From positions 12,656 through 76,655 of the forward strand of contig CAZEJU010000004.1 in the NCBI GenBank assembly GCA_964512695.1: a stretch of 64,000 bases of DNA, given 5' to 3'. Source of the DNA: an uncultured Gammaproteobacteria bacterium (GTDB taxonomy: Bacteria > Patescibacteriota > Microgenomatia > Levybacterales > UBA12049). Made by a program: the position numbers and the translations under genes. Below the pieces are notes generated by a model. It was given only the letters and a program-made list of their open reading frames with translations, did no database searches and was not told the DNA's origin. Positions 48,257 through 59,026 of this stretch are shown piece by piece (the stretch's first letter is position 1; every line of letters begins with the position of its first letter).

Positions 48257-48763
48257 ATGTTTATAGAACTACTCAGTGTAATAATCCCTATTGCTTTCAT
48301 AATCCTAATGATGGGACTTATTTTTTATATACAAGGTCCTCCGTATGTTCAAACGGACGATAAAACAGTTGCTATATTTTTAGAATATATCCGGAAACAT
48401 AAGAAAAAAAATATTATAGATCTTGGATCGGGCGATGGTAAATTACTTATAGCAATTGCTCATGCCGGCTTTAAGGTAACAGGTATAGAAATTAATCCTC
48501 TACTTGTTTTTAAGTCAAGACAACTAATTAAAAAGCATAAATTAAACAAAAAAGCCAAAGTAATCTGGGGAAGTTTCTGGAACATAGACCTTTCAAGCTA
48601 TGACTGTGTAGTAGTTTATGGTATTAAACATATAATGAAAAGGTTAGGTAATAAAATGACAAAAGAACTACCCTCTAAGGCACTCATACTAACTAATTAT
48701 TTTATATTTCCTCAATGGAAAGAATATGAGAGGAAAGGAAAAGTTAGAATATATTATAAATAA
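48257..48763 (+). CDS. class I SAM-dependent methyltransferase (small, membrane-anchored)
   Basis: Motif I IIDLGSGDGKLLIAIA and an acidic post-I residue (TGIEINP). Confidence 0.55.
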   Translation: MFIELLSVIIPIAFIILMMGLIFYIQGPPYVQTDDKTVAIFLEYIRKHKKKNIIDLGSGDGKLLIAIAHAGFKVTGIEINPLLVFKSRQLIKKHKLNKKAKVIWGSFWNIDLSSYDCVVVYGIKHIMKRLGNKMTKELPSKALILTNYFIFPQWKEYERKGKVRIYYK

Positions 48764-48769
48764 TTCAGT

Positions 48770-49993
48770 TTATAAATATTGTTGTACTGAAGCTTCGGCA
48801 ACATCGTGGAATTTTACTACTCCTAACATGTGTCGGTCATTATCCGTAACAGGCAAGATACTGAGTTTATATCTGATCATTCTTTTTAAAACTATTTCTT
48901 GAGGAGTACTTAAATGAACAACAACAATATTCTGCTTCATTATATTTAATAATGGCGTGTCTGAAGGATTTGTAACAAGATCTACAGCTTTTATTACCCC
49001 TATAAGCTGGGATGCATCATTTAGAGTATAAATATAGGGTAATATGGAATGAAATCCTCTATCTTGTTTTATAACTTCGATCGCTTGCTTTACTCTAAAC
49101 TTTGATGATATTGTGAGATAATCTGTAGATATTAAAGCTCCTATAGGAGTTTTCGAAAGCTTAATGAGATCTTGAAGCTGTTTTCTCTTTTCGGGAGATA
49201 AACTTGAAAGAATATTGTTTCTTTTTTCTCGAGTTAATGTAAGAAGAATATCTACAGCTTCATCAGGATCAATTAACTCTATTAATTTAGCGGATTTTTC
49301 AGAGGAGAATTTTCGAAATAATGCAGCCTGATAACTAGTATTAAGATCATTAATAACCTCTACTGCGTGATCCTCATCAAGATTATTTAATATTCTACGT
49401 ACATTTTTAATAGTAGTTTTTTCCAAATAGTCAGCAAGGTCTTCAGGATGCATTCGCTCCATTTTCTCTAACGCATTCTTTAACTGCACTTTTCCTCGGG
49501 AAAGTTCAAGTGGCTGAATATCAGCCCAAGATAAAAAATGAGGATGAGACTCAAAACGGAAAAATGTGTACAGAGGTCTAAAAAAGTTTTCCATACCTAA
49601 TCTTCTTAAGATACCTCTCAGTCCTATATCAACGCCTGATACATAATGAAGAGGCTTTTCAGCCCCTTTTCCGTCTATTGTAATGTCATTTACACGAATG
49701 ACCTTGTGACCTTCTACATCAATAATTTGCTTATCAAGCAAGTTCCTTATAATCGATAATTCATTATCATTTATCTCGGTATTTCTATAGTCTTTAGAAA
49801 TAGTTATCACACTGTTTACTTTTTTAATAGTGTCGATTGGTATTGTTAAAAAAATATTATTAGTTTGTTTAATCGAAAGTTTTGTTATAAGGGGTGTTTC
49901 TGAGGCGAGAAAATACAGGTCATCTAATGTGCCCACAAGTCGTTTATCTTCAGTCACTACTTTTTTATTCTTCAACAAAGAAAAATATAACAT
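48770..49993 (-). CDS. cytoplasmic PRC-barrel / MgtE-N / CBS-domain protein (no channel domain)
   Basis: N-terminal PRC-barrel-like segment, an MgtE_N-like helical region and tandem CBS pairs. No TM helices. Confidence 0.45.
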   Translation of the reverse strand: MLYFSLLKNKKVVTEDKRLVGTLDDLYFLASETPLITKLSIKQTNNIFLTIPIDTIKKVNSVITISKDYRNTEINDNELSIIRNLLDKQIIDVEGHKVIRVNDITIDGKGAEKPLHYVSGVDIGLRGILRRLGMENFFRPLYTFFRFESHPHFLSWADIQPLELSRGKVQLKNALEKMERMHPEDLADYLEKTTIKNVRRILNNLDEDHAVEVINDLNTSYQAALFRKFSSEKSAKLIELIDPDEAVDILLTLTREKRNNILSSLSPEKRKQLQDLIKLSKTPIGALISTDYLTISSKFRVKQAIEVIKQDRGFHSILPYIYTLNDASQLIGVIKAVDLVTNPSDTPLLNIMKQNIVVVHLSTPQEIVLKRMIRYKLSILPVTDNDRHMLGVVKFHDVAEASVQQYL

Positions 49994-50168
49994 GCAGGTA
50001 TATATTTTAGTAAACAGTAAAGGAAGAATAACTTAGGAATAATAATTTCTAGCAGATGTTACAAAATAAAAAAATAGTGTTTTTGCTTCCCAATGCCAGT
50101 TCTCCTTTATGCTTTATACCAGCATTCTAAGCCTTCTATCCAGGTTTTGTCAATAATACTCATCAATT

Positions 50169-51410
50169 CTAAAACTTGTAGAGACTTGCTAAAACTGCAA
50201 TTATAGTCGCTATAACTATAAAAACTGAAGCGCTAATTGAAAGAATATTATACAGCCTGCTGTTAATGTGTCTACCTAAAAGGTCCGGGTTATTGGCAAA
50301 TTTAATAAGGAAAAAGAAAAAGATAGGAAGTAAGATTGCGTTTAATGACTGAGTATAAACTACTATACTAAATAGTGGAAAATATGGAGTTAGTACTAAA
50401 AATCCAGAAAGAAGAAGGTTGACTAAAAATATAGTATAAAATGTTCGACTTTTTTTATAAGGTTCATCTAAAGAACCTGTAAAACCGAAAAATTCTGAGA
50501 ATGCGTAGGCAGAAGATAGAGAAACTATTATCATACCAATGATAGCAGCGTTCACTAAACCTACACCAAATAATATACTCGCTAACTCACCTGCAAAAGG
50601 TTTAATTGCTAATGCTGCTTGTTCTCCAGAAGTGAGTGGAATTTTATGAATGAAAAGTGTAGCTGCAGTGGCAATTATTATAAAAAATGTAAAAAAATTA
50701 GATACAAAGGCACCTAAATATGCTTCAATTCTAGAAAATCCTACTTTCTCTATTGGAACATTTTTATCTTTCATATAGCTTTGAACAAAAAATTGTCCCC
50801 AAGGCGTAATTGTCGTACCTAATACAGCTATTGCAGTTACTAGGTATTCTTTTGTAAAAAGACTCTGAGTAGGAATAAACAAATGCTGGAAGGTTTTACC
50901 CCAATCAGGATTCCCTTTAACCGCTGAGAATACATATGCGAAATAAAAAACTATTCCACTTAGAAAAATGTTCTGGCTTTTTTCATAACTTGAAACAGCT
51001 ACCAGAAGAAACGAAACTGTTATAGCCATAATGATAAAAGGTAACGGTGGAATCCCTAAAAGTTCGCTTGAAGTTTTTACAGCAGCTACATTTGTAATAA
51101 TCGAACCAAAATTTGCAATACTCAGAAGTAAAAAAATAGTTAACGAAGTTTTTATACCAAATCGTTCGCGAATGAGATCTCCTAAACCTTTTCCAGTCAC
51201 AATGGCAATTCTACTACCCATTTCTTGCGTTATTGCGTATAAAATAGTTAACAATGGAAGCGTAAGAAGAGCAGCGTAACCAAGTTTAGCACCAGCAACT
51301 GAATACGTTATGACACCTCCACCATCGTTGCCTGCCATTGTCGTAATAACAGATGGTCCTAACACGGATAAAAAAATAATAAATTTATTAAAAAAGCGAT
51401 TTTTTGCCAC
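50169..51410 (-). CDS. NRAMP-family divalent metal (Mn/Fe) transporter
   Basis: LGPSVITTMAGNDGGGVITYSVAGAKLGY matches the Nramp TM1 DPGN-type motif region. About 11 TM helices. Confidence 0.75.
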   Translation of the reverse strand: MAKNRFFNKFIIFLSVLGPSVITTMAGNDGGGVITYSVAGAKLGYAALLTLPLLTILYAITQEMGSRIAIVTGKGLGDLIRERFGIKTSLTIFLLLSIANFGSIITNVAAVKTSSELLGIPPLPFIIMAITVSFLLVAVSSYEKSQNIFLSGIVFYFAYVFSAVKGNPDWGKTFQHLFIPTQSLFTKEYLVTAIAVLGTTITPWGQFFVQSYMKDKNVPIEKVGFSRIEAYLGAFVSNFFTFFIIIATAATLFIHKIPLTSGEQAALAIKPFAGELASILFGVGLVNAAIIGMIIVSLSSAYAFSEFFGFTGSLDEPYKKSRTFYTIFLVNLLLSGFLVLTPYFPLFSIVVYTQSLNAILLPIFFFFLIKFANNPDLLGRHINSRLYNILSISASVFIVIATIIAVLASLYKF

Positions 51411-51457
51411 GTTTACAATATATTATACTAGAATATTAAACTTATAGTAAGATGTTC

Positions 51458-52015
51458 TTAAGGTTTGATAAATGTGCTGGCTGATAAAATCAGAATAATA
51501 CCAATAGCATTAAAAATAAATGAGAGTAGTATAAACCTATAGGTTTTCATCCGTGATAGGCCTAATAAACTAACACCTAGTTCATCTGGTAGAGGTGAAG
51601 CCATAACTAAAGCTCCTAAAAGAGGTAACATCCAGTGAAAATATTTCGTATGGAGTAAGGCGTTGAGTTGCTTACCACCTAAAAGTTCATATAAAGGAGT
51701 TAGCTCTTCTAATAATCTATCTTTTACAACCCGGAAGATAATAAAATCGCCTACTACAGAACCTATTCCCGCAATTATTCCCAGCTCAAGTATATGATAT
51801 TTTTCTGCTAAGACAAGTAACATAACCACACCTGTAGGCATAGTAAATGTAGATACAAGAAGTATCCCTACTAAAAACGCGCTGAGATAACCAAACTCAC
51901 CTAAATTTAATAGTAGATTATGAAAGGCTTCAAACCTAGCAAGTAAAAAACCAACGATTAGCGAAAGTAAAAAAATAGTTACGTTTTTATATTTATAATG
52001 TTTCCAGAATTTCAT
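51458..52015 (-). CDS. hypothetical polytopic membrane protein (possibly DedA/VTT-like)
   Basis: Hydrophobic 185-aa ORF. Weak resemblance only. Confidence 0.35.
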   Translation of the reverse strand: MKFWKHYKYKNVTIFLLSLIVGFLLARFEAFHNLLLNLGEFGYLSAFLVGILLVSTFTMPTGVVMLLVLAEKYHILELGIIAGIGSVVGDFIIFRVVKDRLLEELTPLYELLGGKQLNALLHTKYFHWMLPLLGALVMASPLPDELGVSLLGLSRMKTYRFILLSFIFNAIGIILILSASTFIKP

Positions 52016-52086
52016 AACCTTTGTAGTATAACAGAAGTGTATACCTTAGTAGATGATGCGAGTGAATCTTCTATATAACGTTAAAA

Positions 52087-53406
52087 CTATAATGAAAACT
52101 TCTCATAATGGATTTGTGTCTTGGAGATACCTGCACGTATAAGACCACCCCTTAGCCTATCCATCATAGGAATAGGCCCACAAATAAAAACATCCCTCTC
52201 TTTAATATCCTTCACTAAATTCATTACCTTATCTGCGTCAACTCTGCCGAATGAATACCCGTTTTTTTGCTCTTGGCTGAGAAAATAGTATATCGGGAAT
52301 ACATATTGTTTTTGAAGAGCATCAAATTCATTTTTAAAAACAATTTCATCAACTGTTTTATTACTATATATAAGTATAACGCTTATCTTTTCCTTTAATA
52401 ACTGTTCCACAAGAGAACGAATTGGAGTTATACCTATTCCTCCAGCTATTAACACTGCCTTTCTTTTGGTCATAAGGTTTTTCGTAAAAAGCCCGTATGG
52501 CCCATCTATATATATTGCGACGTTTTTTTTAATTGTAGAAATAAGTGAAGTAAAATCACCGACATTTTTTATGGATAAACGTAATGTTTTTACATCTGGA
52601 AGTCTGGATAAAGAAAATGGATGTGTTTGCCACCATATACCTTTTGTTAAAAAACGCACTAACATAAACTGTCCGGGATTTATTTTAAAATTCTCCATAT
52701 TTCTACCTCCTATAATAACTGATGTAACATCTGAAGATTCTTTTACAATATCCAGAACGAAAAATCTATGTTTCATGAAAAAATACCACGGACGAATAAA
52801 TCTAAATATTATGTGACTCCCGAGAACGAAAATATATAAACCATACCAATACCAAACAAATAAATTATTTATGTGAAAGTCTTCACCAAACTTCAGCTGA
52901 TGACCCCATGATAAAAAAACTGCAAGGTAGGTAAACAGATGAACGAAATACCACGTTTCATATTTCAATCTTTTGCGAGCAATTGACAGTGATAAAAAAA
53001 CTATAATAAAAAAAAGATTCACAGCGAAATATGCCTGAGGAACATCTTCATAGTTTGTGAGAAACTGAAGATGTTGGTCGAGAAAACTTATATTCGCTGA
53101 TATTGAATAACCAGCTATCAATAACAAAGGGTGAAGAAGAATAAAAATTATTGCAAGTTTTCCATTTAAAGCATGGATACGAGTAAGTCGATCAAGTCCA
53201 AATGCTCTCTCTATCCACGGAGATCGACCAATAAGAAGGAATTGAAAAAGTACAAAATATACTGCAAGCAACCCAGATAATCTTCCTAACGCCATAAAGG
53301 CTAAAGCTGTTCCTTGGAAAAGAAGTGGTCCCGAACTACTTGCCCAGAAATAAAGAATGGTTAAAAAGTTAAGTACGAAAAATAATAAAACTGCTAATTT
53401 TCTCAT
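52087..53406 (-). CDS. ferric-reductase-like transmembrane oxidoreductase (FRE/NOX family; FAD/NAD-binding)
   Basis: N-terminal haem-binding TM domain. HPFSLS (FAD-binding HPF[ST]) and GGIGITP (NAD-binding) motifs. Confidence 0.65.
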   Translation of the reverse strand: MRKLAVLLFFVLNFLTILYFWASSSGPLLFQGTALAFMALGRLSGLLAVYFVLFQFLLIGRSPWIERAFGLDRLTRIHALNGKLAIIFILLHPLLLIAGYSISANISFLDQHLQFLTNYEDVPQAYFAVNLFFIIVFLSLSIARKRLKYETWYFVHLFTYLAVFLSWGHQLKFGEDFHINNLFVWYWYGLYIFVLGSHIIFRFIRPWYFFMKHRFFVLDIVKESSDVTSVIIGGRNMENFKINPGQFMLVRFLTKGIWWQTHPFSLSRLPDVKTLRLSIKNVGDFTSLISTIKKNVAIYIDGPYGLFTKNLMTKRKAVLIAGGIGITPIRSLVEQLLKEKISVILIYSNKTVDEIVFKNEFDALQKQYVFPIYYFLSQEQKNGYSFGRVDADKVMNLVKDIKERDVFICGPIPMMDRLRGGLIRAGISKTQIHYEKFSL

Positions 53407-53455
53407 GATCAGAATAGGTTAATTATACCTTATTTTGAGGATGTTTAAGAAACTT

Positions 53456-54004
53456 TTACTTTATTAAAATCCAATATCGAAGTTTTGCGGGTTTTCCTTT
53501 GTGAAGTTGTAAACGATTTTCTAGAATACCCCCATTGGCTTCTATAATTTTTTTGGAAGCAATATTCGTCTCATCACATGTTATTAGAACTTTCTCAATA
53601 CCTAACTTTTTTGCCTCTTGTAATGCAAGCTCTAATATCTTCTTCCCATATCCCATCTTCCTTTTACCAGGACGTATATCATAACCGATATGTCCTCCTA
53701 CTTTTAACAAATGCTCCGTCAAAGTATGTCTGATTGAAACTCGACCAATAAATCTCTCATTATCTATAAGCCAAAATGTTGTTTGAGGAACATATCCTTC
53801 TGGCAAATTTTCACCTTTTGATTCGGATAGTAATGTATAAATATAATCAGAAAAATTGTTTTCCAAATATACTCCATCCAGTTCATAAATATCCCGCCTG
53901 TCATTTGATTCCACAGCCTGATATTCTTTTACTGCTTCGATAAAGCTATTCTTATATTGAACCGATGGAAGTATTAATTTCATAGTGGTTATTATAACAA
54001 ACAC
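53456..54004 (-). CDS. GNAT-family N-acetyltransferase
   Basis: Acetyl-CoA-binding motif A region ...RKMGYGKKILELALQEAKKLG... Confidence 0.6.
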   Translation of the reverse strand: MFVIITTMKLILPSVQYKNSFIEAVKEYQAVESNDRRDIYELDGVYLENNFSDYIYTLLSESKGENLPEGYVPQTTFWLIDNERFIGRVSIRHTLTEHLLKVGGHIGYDIRPGKRKMGYGKKILELALQEAKKLGIEKVLITCDETNIASKKIIEANGGILENRLQLHKGKPAKLRYWILIK

Positions 54005-54018
54005 AACAGCAACAAATA

Positions 54019-54273
54019 TTACTTACCTATAAATAAAAATCGTGAAACTTTCTTACCGTTTACTTCAACGTCTTCTAAAAACATTGTTAATGGTCTTACC
54101 CATAAGGCATCTGGACCAAATTCCTTACTCGTATATAATGCTTGATACACCACTAACTCTTCATGTGTTTCTGTGTGAACTGCAACACCCAAGACTTTAT
54201 AGTACTTCCCTTTATAATGCTGATACTTCCCTTTTTTAAGCTTAGTATCAGAAGGGAGTTTCGAAGTAGTCAT
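54019..54273 (-). CDS. DUF1653-family small protein
   Basis: YQHYKGKYYKVLGVAVHTETHEELVVYQALY...WVRPLTMF is the characteristic DUF1653 pattern. Confidence 0.5.
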   Translation of the reverse strand: MTTSKLPSDTKLKKGKYQHYKGKYYKVLGVAVHTETHEELVVYQALYTSKEFGPDALWVRPLTMFLEDVEVNGKKVSRFLFIGK

Positions 54274-54281
54274 ATATAAAA

Positions 54282-54578
54282 CTAAAAAGGAATATCTGTG
54301 TCTGGAAAAGAGTCTTTTTCTTCTGTAGTAATTACAACAGTTTGTATATTCTCTGTCGTACTCGTGTCTTCAACATCAGTCGAAATTTCAGCTTGAATTT
54401 CAGCAAACTCATTCTCAATCTCACGCAATCTTGACTTGCTTTCTTTAATGAGGATAGCGGCTTCTTTTACTTTTTTTAAACCTTCTTCCACATCGATTTG
54501 CGTTTGCTGATCAAACCAGTCTGCTATTTTATGAAGTTTCTCTAGATTATCCGTAAGGTTAATTTGTGTCTGAGCCAT
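54282..54578 (-). CDS. xseB: exodeoxyribonuclease VII small subunit
   Basis: Small helical protein (LEKLHKIADWFDQ...EEGLKKVKEAAILIKESKSRLREIENEF) directly downstream of xseA. Confidence 0.65.
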   Translation of the reverse strand: MAQTQINLTDNLEKLHKIADWFDQQTQIDVEEGLKKVKEAAILIKESKSRLREIENEFAEIQAEISTDVEDTSTTENIQTVVITTEEKDSFPDTDIPF

Positions 54579-54594
54579 GTTTTTCCACCTTTAC

Positions 54595-55935
54595 TTATTT
54601 AACAAGTGACGAAATAGATCCATCACCTGTAGTGATTATGAGTGTTTCACCAATTGTAACATCTTTTGCACTTTTAACAAGTCGTCCTTCTTGTCCTCGA
54701 ACTAAACTATAACCTAGTGCGAGTTGTCTCATAGGATCGTACACGTTAATTAACCGTTGTTTTGCTTCTAATTGCTCCTTTATGTTCCCTACAGCGAAGG
54801 AAAAAAGACGTTTTATTTTATCTTTGTTTATAGTTTCTAATTCCACATTCTGACTAACTACTGCATCTCCCATATGGCTAAAAATGTGCTGTTCATGTCT
54901 AGCAAGATTCTCAGAAAGAAGGACTAACTCGCGTGCAATTTGTGATACATATTCTGGCATATGCGAGGTAGTATATGAAAAAACATGAAGGATACGATTA
55001 AACTTATCTAACATACCTACCTGCTTTAATTGTATTGTTAAACCGACATCACTTAAAGCTTGTTTATAAGAAGTTACGATTTTTTGATAATCTATTAAGA
55101 CATTTTGACTACCTTTTTCCCAACTACTATTAAGTACGTTTGCAGCTGCAGTCGGAGTAGAAACCATCATATCGGCAGCTAAAGCACAAAGAGGCACATC
55201 TTGATGGTGTCCTATCGCGGCAATAATAGGCATGGGACATGTGGCAACTTCTCTAACTAACTGCTCAGCATCAAATGCCGCTAAAGATTGCAAAGAACCC
55301 CCACCCCGCATAAGTACAATAACTTCTACATCTCTCTTTTTCATAGTACGAAGAGCCCGATATAAGTCAGGAAGTGCATCTTGACCTTCAACTTTTGTAT
55401 TAAGTAAAGTTAACTGAAAACCATGCCGTGAAAGATTATTCATGAAATCATGGATAACAGCTCCTTGCTTTGAAGTAATAATTCCTATCTTCTGGGGGAA
55501 TAATGGTATAGCACGTTTTTTTTCTAAAGCGAATAATCCTTCTTTTGACAAGCGTACTTTTAATGCGTCATACGCTTTTTTTAATGCTCCTTCTCCGACC
55601 AGCTCTACAGAGCTAGCGATAAAACTAAGTCTACCTGAAGGGGCATATATATTTGCTTGTCCTGATGCGATAAGCTCCATTCCTGCTTCGATTTTTATGC
55701 CATACAAACTATAAAGATGTTTCCATAACACACAATCTAAAACAGATCCATCTTCTTTATCTTTTAACGTGAAGTAAACATGCCCGCTTGACCATATTTT
55801 TACTTGTGTTACCTCACCTATAATACTGGCTTCATAAAATTTTAGCTGTTCATTGAGTAACGCTATATAAGACGAAATTGATAATACTGTTTTTTCTTGA
55901 TTCATATTTAAAGAAATAAATTTTTTATTTAACAA
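54595..55935 (-). CDS. xseA: exodeoxyribonuclease VII large subunit
   Basis: N-terminal OB-fold (VTQVKIWSSGHVYFTLKD) and catalytic core ...GGGSLQSLAAFDAEQLVREVA... Size 446 aa. Confidence 0.8.
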   Translation of the reverse strand: MLNKKFISLNMNQEKTVLSISSYIALLNEQLKFYEASIIGEVTQVKIWSSGHVYFTLKDKEDGSVLDCVLWKHLYSLYGIKIEAGMELIASGQANIYAPSGRLSFIASSVELVGEGALKKAYDALKVRLSKEGLFALEKKRAIPLFPQKIGIITSKQGAVIHDFMNNLSRHGFQLTLLNTKVEGQDALPDLYRALRTMKKRDVEVIVLMRGGGSLQSLAAFDAEQLVREVATCPMPIIAAIGHHQDVPLCALAADMMVSTPTAAANVLNSSWEKGSQNVLIDYQKIVTSYKQALSDVGLTIQLKQVGMLDKFNRILHVFSYTTSHMPEYVSQIARELVLLSENLARHEQHIFSHMGDAVVSQNVELETINKDKIKRLFSFAVGNIKEQLEAKQRLINVYDPMRQLALGYSLVRGQEGRLVKSAKDVTIGETLIITTGDGSISSLVK

Positions 55936-56020
55936 ATTTTGGAGTTTTTAAGGAGAAGTGCTTTCTGATTATATCAGGTAATTTATTTAAAACTAAGTAT
56001 ATATTTTATTACACAAATAC

Positions 56021-56503
56021 CTATATGCTTTGTCGAAGTTCTTCAACCTTTATATGAGCTTCTCGGGGAGTATTTATAAAATTGTTCTCTATATCTTCTA
56101 ATAACCAATCCCGTATTTCTAACGGATAGACTAACATAGTTTTCAAATTCTGAACAGGAAACCATTGTGGTTTGTAGTAATTATTTCCATCCTTCATTTT
56201 TTCTTTTTCTATTGAGTCTCCTAATATAGGCTCACCTGATAAATATGAGCATAAATAAAAAAATTGACTACTTCTCTTTCTAAATGCACTATCGTAATAA
56301 TGAGTGTATAGTTTCTTTTCTATCTTTATTGATAAGGTAGTTTCTTCCATTACTTCCCGTAAAACAGCTTCTTCTATAGACTCTCCCTCTTCAACTCCTC
56401 CACCAGGGAAGACAAAATAATGTCTCCCATTATTTTTTCTTTCCATAAGAAGAACATCGTTACCCTTTATTACTAGTGCAACTGCTCGTTGGGGAAACTG
56501 CAT
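56021..56503 (-). CDS. NUDIX hydrolase
   Basis: NUDIX box GGGVEEGESIEEAVLREVMEETTL. Confidence 0.75.
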   Translation of the reverse strand: MQFPQRAVALVIKGNDVLLMERKNNGRHYFVFPGGGVEEGESIEEAVLREVMEETTLSIKIEKKLYTHYYDSAFRKRSSQFFYLCSYLSGEPILGDSIEKEKMKDGNNYYKPQWFPVQNLKTMLVYPLEIRDWLLEDIENNFINTPREAHIKVEELRQSI

Positions 56504-56651
56504 ACTAACTATATTGATTATACCACCCTAGCACAGTAGTCCAACCCCAACTAACTTTGCTATTTAACGTACATGGGTGGTATAGAATGTTAACACCTAA
56601 GGATAGCTCAAATAGCTTTTTCATGGGTTACTTGGTAAAATAACCCTACTT

Positions 56652-56722
56652 TGCCAAGTCGTCTAATGGTAGGACAACGGACTCTGAATCCGTTTATTCT
56701 GGTTCGAATCCAGGCTTGGCAG
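56652..56722 (+). tRNA. tRNA-Gln (anticodon CUG)
   Basis: Folded by hand. Acceptor TGCCAAG/CTTGGCA (7 bp, perfect), D-loop AATGGTA, anticodon stem ACGGA/TCCGT with loop CTCTGAA (CTG at 34-36), T-arm TCTGG-TTCGAAT-CCAGG, discriminator G. Confidence 0.75.
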
Positions 56723-56777
56723 CTCAGATATATCAAACTGTATCAGTTCTTTTAAATAACTGATATTCTTATAGTTT

Positions 56778-57467
56778 TTATGATTGTTTGTGAAATTCCC
56801 CAATTTTTGAGATTAATTCGTCAATCTCATAATTTGACGTATTGATGTTGTGTTCTGAAAATGTACGGAGTCCCTCTATAATTTTCTGTACGAGTAAAGC
56901 TTTAGTTTTATTTAAATGTCCGATTTTAATATCGTTTTGTACATAGGTACGTGATACAACTTGGAGCGTTGCAAAGAACATTGATGATTCTATAAAGACA
57001 TTTGAAATATCTTTTATTTCTACACTGTGAGACTGTGATGAGAGAAATTGACTGAATTTAAAAGTGATCCTGCTTTCTTCTACTTCTATTGTATCCGGAA
57101 AAAAACTCCAAGGAAACGAAGAGGAAATGCTAATAATGCGTCTGTTTGATTTCTTTACCAAATCATTTACCATTTGTTTGTCTGCCTCGTTTTTCTCCGC
57201 AGCTGTTCTTGTGTGTGCATCAATTCCTGATTGCATTTGATTTTTGGCTTTTTCTTTAGAATTATTTTCTTTTTCTAATTTTTCAGCAGCATGGGTCTTT
57301 AATTGTTCCTCTTCTCTACGATTGTTATCTATTCTTACTTTCTCTCCCTGAATATGAAGTTTTTCTAGCCAATCGCTTATTTTATTATTTTCAAGATCGT
57401 CGGGTGAATTTTTTGGAATAATTAAAGGGATTCTTGAAAAAATCGTTTTTGATTTGTTGTCTACCAT
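56778..57467 (-). CDS. hypothetical protein, Lys/Glu-rich N-terminal half with a bacterial-PH-like C-terminal half
   Basis: ORF only. The C-terminal ~110 aa (...ITFKFSQFLSSQSHSVEIKDISNVFIESSMFFATLQV...) resembles bPH/YdbT-type domains. Weak. Confidence 0.35.
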   Translation of the reverse strand: MVDNKSKTIFSRIPLIIPKNSPDDLENNKISDWLEKLHIQGEKVRIDNNRREEEQLKTHAAEKLEKENNSKEKAKNQMQSGIDAHTRTAAEKNEADKQMVNDLVKKSNRRIISISSSFPWSFFPDTIEVEESRITFKFSQFLSSQSHSVEIKDISNVFIESSMFFATLQVVSRTYVQNDIKIGHLNKTKALLVQKIIEGLRTFSEHNINTSNYEIDELISKIGEFHKQS

Positions 57468-57882
57468 TTCAATAGTATAGACTTCTAATAAATGAATTGC
57501 GTAAGTGCGCTCATTTGGACTAACATTTACTTCCCAGCTATAGATTAAGAATAATTTGATCGAAAATAGTCCAAGATAGTATTTAAATACTAAATCATTG
57601 GATGTACATATAGTTACGTTGATAAAAAGTTCCTACACAGTCCAGGATGGCCAGCTGTGTTTTTAGCCACAAATTAGCTTCAAAATTTCTCGTATTCTTA
57701 CAAACAGGAGTCTGGATTCGAACTTTAGGTATACTGTACCTATGCTTTAGAAAAAGTGAAGTCCTCGAAAAATTTAAAAGAAATTCATAATGTGGATAAT
57801 GACACTGAAGAAAGAGGAATACATGTAGTAATTAGACACAGGGATATGACTACGTGTGACCTTTACCCAGACTTACATTTGA

Positions 57883-58266
57883 CTACTTATGATCAGCCAG
57901 CCATGCAACAGCCTCTGATTCTTCGCTAAAGTATCGTGTAGGCACAAGTATATCTAGCTCGTCTTTTATAAACTGCAAATACTCCTTTGGCATAACCAAT
58001 GCTATCTTGGACTTACCTGCTTTGGCTACGCGTGGGTGATATTCTTTATTTCGAAATTCAATGTTTTCAGATGGAAGCTCAAACCTAAAATTGGTTGTGT
58101 CTACGAGAGTGCGGGTGGCTTTGTATTCAATATTATAGCCCGCAAGATTCATTAATGCATCTTTAAAATCTTGAAAGTCCATATGAGCGGTATTTTCAAG
58201 CCAGCGATTAATCAGAATATTATCGCGTAATTCTATTTCATAGTATTTTGATTTATAAAGTTTCAT
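57883..58266 (-). CDS. hypothetical 127-aa protein, divergent partner of the HxlR regulator
   Basis: ORF only. No confident family. Confidence 0.35.
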   Translation of the reverse strand: MKLYKSKYYEIELRDNILINRWLENTAHMDFQDFKDALMNLAGYNIEYKATRTLVDTTNFRFELPSENIEFRNKEYHPRVAKAGKSKIALVMPKEYLQFIKDELDILVPTRYFSEESEAVAWLADHK

Positions 58267-58348
58267 AACTTTTCCTTATGGATCTTTTAGTGTATACTTA
58301 TGATAAGTTAGTGCAACTATTTATACAAGTACTAACAAAGTAGTAAGT

Positions 58349-58780
58349 ATGAAACATAAAATGAGCCAGGAAGAGATATTAAAAATTCTACCCAAACAAG
58401 GAGATTTGTATAATCCACTTTGTCCAACTAGGTCTATTATTGATCATGTTTCAAGTGTGTGGGGTTCGATAATCTTAAAAGTGTTGGCAGAAAATGAAAC
58501 AATGCGTTTCGCAGAATTAAGGCGACAAATTGCAGGTATTTCCGAAAGAATGCTGGCTCAAACACTTCGTCATTTTGAACGAGATGGTCTAGTAACTCGG
58601 AAGAGCTACCCTGTCATACCTCCTAAGGTTGAATATTCGCTAACGCCGTTAGGTCGAGACTGTGCAGAAAAAGTTATTTCTTTTTGCAGTTTCATAGAGG
58701 ATCACATGCTCACTATAGTCAAGAATCAACTAAAGTATGACGAAACACCAAATAAGGCTTCATGGCAAAAACTGTCATAA
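58349..58780 (+). CDS. HxlR/YodB-type winged-helix transcriptional regulator
   Basis: CPTRSIIDHVSSVWGSIILKVL...FAELRRQIAGISERMLAQTLRHFERDGLVTRKSYPVIPPKVEYSLTPLG is the canonical HxlR family pattern. Confidence 0.7.
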   Translation: MKHKMSQEEILKILPKQGDLYNPLCPTRSIIDHVSSVWGSIILKVLAENETMRFAELRRQIAGISERMLAQTLRHFERDGLVTRKSYPVIPPKVEYSLTPLGRDCAEKVISFCSFIEDHMLTIVKNQLKYDETPNKASWQKLS

Positions 58781-59026
58781 GCAAAAAGGGTTTAGATAAA
58801 CTATCTATCAGAAATTGTCTTTTAAAATGTTAATCTCTCTAATAGTTTGTAATATTACTCTATAAGCTCGTATAAAGTTGATTACTGTAAAAAGTTCCTA
58901 CATAGTCAACCAGTGCCAGCCAATCACCAGATTTTGCCCGTGCTGATTTGTTTCAAGTCTTTCTGATTGTCGTTTTCCAAGAAAAAGAGGTTGTATGGGG
59001 TGTAAATAGTATATAATAGCCTTTAC

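Noticed and set aside
57690-57720. TCTGGATTCGAAC resembling the start of a tRNA T-arm, possibly a tRNA fragment or attachment-site remnant
   Set aside because: Only about 13 nt, with an indel relative to the tRNA-Gln T-arm. There is no complementary stem and no acceptor. It is too short to call a tRNA pseudogene or a definitive att site. Mentioned only as context in the island finding.
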